NCBI GenBank assembly: GCA_963693365.1 | Contig: CAVNZM010000003.1 | Coordinates: 841,506 to 905,505 of the forward strand | DNA length: 64,000 nucleotides | From: Amoebidium appalachense | Lineage: Eukaryota > Protista > Ichthyosporea | Reading direction: 5' to 3' | Shown here: piece by piece, positions 63,151 to 64,000 of the stretch | Layout: each line of letters opens with the position of its first letter | Numbering within the stretch: the stretch's first letter is position 1 | Program-made: the position numbers and the translations under genes | The notes under the pieces: generated by a model | Databases searched by the model: none | What the model was told of the DNA's origin: nothing | Seen by the model: the letters and a program-made list of their open reading frames with translations, nothing else

Positions 63151-63752
63151 GTTGCACACACAGTGTCACACGCACAAACACGCAAGCATTGATGTTTGCA
63201 AGATAAAAGTGCCCTTCGAACAAATCTATTATAGCTAGAACCTACGATTTGGATTAACATTGCACACGAGAAGTATTTGAAGGCCCGCGGGATGGGGAGC
63301 TTGAGAAAGTGATCCGACATGGCGGTGCACGTGTGTGAGAATCAGCAACTGGGAGTAACTGTGGTTGCTGGTAAGGGGGATGGGGGGGGAAGGGGGCGAG
63401 GGGGGGGGGGGACAGGGGAGGGAGACCGCCAATCATTTTAGCTGCAACTCGGAAGTTTGTGTGTGTGTGTGTGTGTTTGTGTGTGTGTGTGGGGGGGGGG
63501 GGATATGACCTGGTGGTATGTGTGTGTGCCGGGTGGAGGGGGGGGGGGGGGGGAGACGGGGACTGGGCGGGCGGGACCAGGGCCCCTTCAATCAGCAGTT
63601 CAAAGGAGAAGCACAGGCTGAGCCTCCCACCGAGCAGATAAACGGGGGCCGAAGGAGGGTGGGGAGGAGGGGGCACCGGGGCAGGGGGCCTTCGATAATT
63701 TTTCCCCTCTTTCTTTTCTTTTCTTGCAGTATCATCATGTACACCATCAGAA

Positions 63753-63800
<48 letters not shown>

Positions 63801-64000
63801 CACGGTGCGTGCGTGCAAGTGCATGTGTATGCGTATGCAAGTGTGTGGGCGTCTGTACGAGCGTCAAAAAACACTTTTTATATGTGATCGCATGTGCACA
63901 TTTGCAATTCATACACATGTGCACGCAGCAAGTTGCCATAAGAATTAGTGATTGTATCTGGTTGTACATGTGCAGATGGGCATATATATCACAGGGCTTA

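Overview
Intron-rich eukaryotic genomic DNA saturated with (CA)n/(GT)n, (GA)n and poly-C/poly-G tracts. Nearly all ORFs in the supplied track are microsatellite artefacts. Splicing by hand (GT-AG, codon phase checked) gives four multi-exon genes. (1) A minus-strand TUT1/Star-PAP-like terminal uridylyltransferase (ZnF-RRM-nucleotidyltransferase-PAP-associated) with a same-strand tRNA-His(GTG) in its last intron. (2) An 18-exon plus-strand Myb protein of the Reb1/TTF1/DMTF1 family (~1480 aa). (3, 4) Two tandem 9-exon minus-strand secreted S41 (CPAF/UstP-like) peptidase paralogues showing patchy gene conversion. Non-coding features: a dispersed intronic repeat family that abuts poly-C and shares a hammerhead-core-like motif (CCCTGA[T/A]GATGGGCTC), a probable non-autonomous Helitron, a near-perfect 56-nt intronic hairpin, and several tandem repeats whose unit is an exon-intron junction. 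The gene mix suggests a non-metazoan opisthokont such as an ichthyosporean; this is inference only. No database searches were run, and homopolymer lengths may be unreliable.
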